A DNA stretch of 64,000 bases, from NCBI GenBank assembly GCA_008632985.1, contig QPGO01000001.1:124001-188000 (forward strand). Reading direction: 5' to 3'. Source of the stretch: Psammoneis japonica. Taxonomy: Eukaryota. Shown here piece by piece: positions 60,023-64,000 of the stretch. The notes beneath the pieces were generated by a model. It searched no databases. It had not been told where the DNA came from and saw only the letters and a program-made list of their open reading frames with translations. Every line of letters begins with the position of its first letter. Within the stretch, counting starts at the first letter, position 1. A program made the translations under genes and the position numbers.

Positions 60023-62739
60023 GGTTGCTTACAATCTGTTGTTGTGTGTGAAGACAGGAAGCTTGCGGGCACTTCCGCAATGGCACATATGTTGAGACGC
60101 AAGACTGAAGAAACGCGGATACAGGATGCACCACACACCCGCATCCCGCGTGCATCATGTCATTGGATCTTACTTCTACTTCACTTCGTAGCTAGGGCCC
60201 GCCTGCGCCACTGTACAGTGCCATCTGCCTCAACACATCATCGTCATCAGAAAGAACACAAATGATGTCATCAGTGTGACATCAGGGTTCTCACACTGTC
60301 CAATGCCACTCTGCCAGAGAGCAGAGTGGAGCCTGCCTGCCACACAGCACTGCATCTCTCTGCTGGCACCATGACATTGTGATGAGTGGCATCGCGACTG
60401 ACAATGACAACATCCCAAAATCACCTGTTGAGTCCGTGATGATGGCCATCAAACTGTGATGTCACCATTGGTCACAAGTGACAAATTTTTGCTCCAATCA
60501 AAACAGTGAATTGCAACTCAAAGCAACAAATGTTGCGAACATTTGTTCGTGGATGGGCAACATTTTATGTCACCACCACCCGTCACATGTTGTTGACAAC
60601 AATTTCATTTGTTGATGTTGAAAATGATTCAAACACTGCTTGTTGGCAAGAGAGTGTGTGGTTTTGGTGACTTGTTCTTTGCCTTCTGTTTTTTTGCTTT
60701 TGAATTCTTTTTGTTGATGTGCCATGATGGTGAAAACAATGACGGCATTGATGGCAGCCCAGCTGCTGTCCAGCGCAACCAATTTGCAGGAAGAGAATCA
60801 TGCCAACCCAAAAGACAAGAAAGGAGCAATCAAGGTGTTGTTTTGTTGTGCTGCTGGTTTGGGTCCCAATTTCCTGTCAGCGGCTTGCAACAAGCCATGA
60901 GTTTCACCCCACTTTTTGAAGTTGTGCTTTGCTCTCACATTTGCTGTTGGTTGTTCTTGCTCTGTAGATTGAAGCTGCCAGTCCAGCACCAGAGGTTGCC
61001 CCTGCCGGGTTTGATGACAAAAACTTCTTCTGCAAGCAGCGCAATGTCAGTCTAACTCCGCCCCCTTTGCAAAGCAAAGAACCAATGGAGAGAGCAGGTC
61101 CAACTCTTTGCCCTCCAACAGGCAAACCAACTGAGGAAGCCAGTCCAACTCCACACCCTCCAACAAGCAAACCCAATGGAGAAAGCCACTCCAGGCCCAC
61201 CCACAAGCAAACCACCAACAGAGGAGAAAGCCATTGCAGCTGCATCCTGCACCAAGCAAGGAACCTGTGGTGAAGAAAGACTCTCCAACTCTACATTGCA
61301 GTGCAACAAGGGAAGAACCAATGGAAGAGAAAGCCACAGCAATGCTCCTCTGCACCCTGCACCAAGCAATGAACCAACAGAGAAAACAACTGCAACTCTG
61401 CACCATGCAGCCCCTGGCTCTTGCCATCGCTGTCCCACCAACTGTGAGAGCAGCTTGGAGCAGAATGCAAACAAGAAAGAGCTGAAGCCAGAAGATCATT
61501 GAACAAGGCTGGAAGAACTGCTGAAAAACAAAATGACACCACACTTGCTCTGCTGCTCACAATGGTGGAAAATGTGGAAGAAATCCTTCAAAAGCAGAAA
61601 CCACCACACACCACCTGGAGCAACAAGGAGAGACTGACAGTCCTTGTCTGCCATGCCAAAATGCTTGAGAGCTGCAGGGACCACAGTTTGCTCCATGATT
61701 TTGTCAAGAGCCTCAGTTTGGGTGGCAGGTTTGGACACACAGTCATCAATTGAGCCGCAGATGCAACAGCACTGCTGAAGAGAAGGAAAGGGAGAGAATG
61801 AAGAAGGACAGGGAGGAGGTGCTGAAGCTGCTTAAAGGCACACTTCAACCATCAGCTGAAAGGAAAAATGATCCAGATCTTGTGTGCAATTTGAAAAAGT
61901 GATTCAAGAGATGGAAGAAACAACATGTCACTCAGGGCGGGTGTCAAGCAGATGGTCAGCCTGGCCCACCCAGAGTCTCCATGAAACAGTTGGCTCTCTT
62001 CGGGAAGAAGGCGCTCCACCTGGTTGATTTTTTCTTTGACATCATTCCCATCATTGGCAAAGCTGAGGGGCTTGTCAAGGCCCTTGTTGGCCACATGCTG
62101 ATTGCTGGAAGAGAGCTTGATGCTTCAGAATGTGCGCTCAATGTGCTCTGTGTCCTCTCCATTGTGGCAAAATGCCAAAAGTTAATTTGCCAGGCTGACA
62201 GAGTCATGGAGAAAAATGAGCATCTCAAGGCACTCAGAGAAGAGGTTCCCATCCTGAAGGGATGCCTTGCTCTGGTCAGCTGAGCAGAGACAGCCAAACG
62301 TCAGGGCTGCAGGTTTGTGCTCAAAATGACACAGCTTGAAATTAAGAAAAACAGAGCTCTGTGTTGTTGAGGACAGACTCAAGGGCTTTGGACCACATTC
62401 CCACAGAGGGCAGAGTGGAGCGGATGTCATTTGTTGGAATGGTGATGTGTTGCAGCACAAGTCTCTTGCAGCTCATTGTGTGATCTCGAGAGAGCCATCA
62501 ACAAGAAACCAGCTGCAAGCAGCATTGGTTAATGTCTGCATTCCGAAGCAGTGGACAAGAACATTGGCTTCCTTTTTGCATGGATTGTTGATGGGGATCA
62601 GCTTTTTAAAGGTTCCAAATGAGTGAAAAAAACACCTGCTCAGAAGGAAATCAAGGATTTTTGCTCAAAACTCACCCAAGAGCTTGGTCAACTGCACAAG
62701 AACTTGACCACACCAAAGGGCAAAAAAAGGTCTCATTGT

Positions 62740-64000
62740 GAAGGTTGAACCACACTTTGATTGAGTTGCTGGGGTGATGGTTGGTGCAGAGATGCAGGAT
62801 CCACATTGTTTGTGGTTGTGCAAATGTTGCATTTCATGGAGCGCTTGGCTGTTCTGATCATGACTGCAAATGCTGCCCTTCTTTCCAGAGCTGATGAGCC
62901 CTCCTTTGGAATCTCAAAGGCTCTCTGAGACAGACAACATTCCCTCCAATTTCTTGTGCAGATGTGTGCTTGCATGCATTGCTCAAATTGAGCTGGCTCT
63001 CTCTAGAGAGTGTTGCGCGTCTTGCAACAAAACAGAAACCAAAAAGCAACAAGAACGGAAGGTGAATTGAGGCAAAGTGTTCTTTTCCTTGTTGCCTTTG
63101 TGGGACATGTCAACTTTGTGGTGTGTTGCCAATGGCACACTTTCATGGCCTGTGGCATGCCAGATGAAACACTGCCACAACAAAACCAGCACTCCCAAAA
63201 AAGCACAGCTGCGCATTTTACAACCACTCAGTTTGGCGACAATCCATGTGTCAGTGAAGTGGTTCTCGGATGCCAACAAGGACTCTCTGCTGTCAGAGCA
63301 TCCTTGTCATCCACCAACCCTTTGGCAATGCTTTTGTGCTGTTCAGCAAAAAAGCATTGTGCAGGGTGACCCACTTGGCATGGTGGCTCATGGACTGGGC
63401 CTTCTCCTGCTGGTGGTCCAAGAGCTGAATGAATGTTTTCAACAGGCTTTCACCCCATGGCATGCTGATGACACCACTGCAGCAAAAAAAGCTGACATCT
63501 CACAGGATTTTTTCTTGACTCTCAAAGATGAAGGCCCCAAGCATGGATGCTGCACTGCTGACAACTCCAAGAATGTCCTGGCAGTCCCAGGGTGCGACTT
63601 GGAAATGCCAGAGCATGCTTTGGAGACCTTGGCTTCACTGTCTGCCAAGGTGGCCACCACCTTGGAGGCTTTGTTGGAGAGACAGATGCACTCGATCTTT
63701 GGTTGATGGAAAAAGCCAATTCATGGACCTCGGTCATTGAAGGACTCACAAAAATTGTGATCAATCACCCACAGACTGCCTGTGCCAGTCTCCAAAAGTC
63801 CCCACAACACCAGTGGCAGCATGTCCAACATGTGGCAAAGGATTGTGATGAATCTTTCATGGAGGCAGAGCATGTGATCCAACACCAATTGGCAAGACCT
63901 TGGCTGATGACAACCCAAGACTGTCCCTGTCTGCCCTCCCAATCAAATTTGCAGGACCATCCATCCCTCATCCAATGGAGTCCACATCCCAAAAACCACA
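62740..64000 (+). mobile_element. CRE-like non-LTR retrotransposon RT remnant, runs off window
   Basis: IVQGDPLGMVAHGLGLL, PWHADD (YADD), GPKHGC (GPxYGY), HLGGFVG, HPQTACASLQKS..HQWQHVQ. 5' boundary approximate. Confidence 0.82.

Noticed and set aside
60900..62300. PT-rich repeat protein or LINE ORF1
   Set aside because: Fragmented, TA-converted low-complexity sequence with no identifiable family.

Overview
Eukaryotic genomic DNA, most consistent with a diatom (CoDi-type Copia elements, diatom-style Crinkler genes, PGA-motif membrane proteins); the taxon is inferred. The window is a mosaic of two compartments with sharp borders. (1) Ordinary-composition islands (~21.7-23.2 kb, ~27.95-31.7 kb, ~41.0-46.55 kb, ~48.7-60.2 kb) hold two disrupted Crinkler-like genes, four intact single-exon membrane-anchored FG-GAP beta-propeller genes, two broken 'SIHG'-repeat genes and a TA-TSD TIR element. 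(2) Repeat-rich blocks hold Copia, two non-LTR elements, two Mutator-like elements, a possible Crypton, MITEs, ~180-195 bp tandem arrays and two dead IST1 copies. In these blocks TpA is nearly eliminated by TA->TG and TA->CA transitions on both strands. Conserved Tyr codons become Cys or His (e.g. RT YADD->HADD) and TAA/TAG stops disappear, which explains the dense spurious ORF track. The main candidate novelty is this 'reverse-RIP'-like, domain-restricted A:T->G:C hypermutation. In the least-decayed Copia it precedes CpG decay, and it spares recent duplicates of host genes. All alignments and counts were done by eye; boundaries of degenerate elements are approximate.
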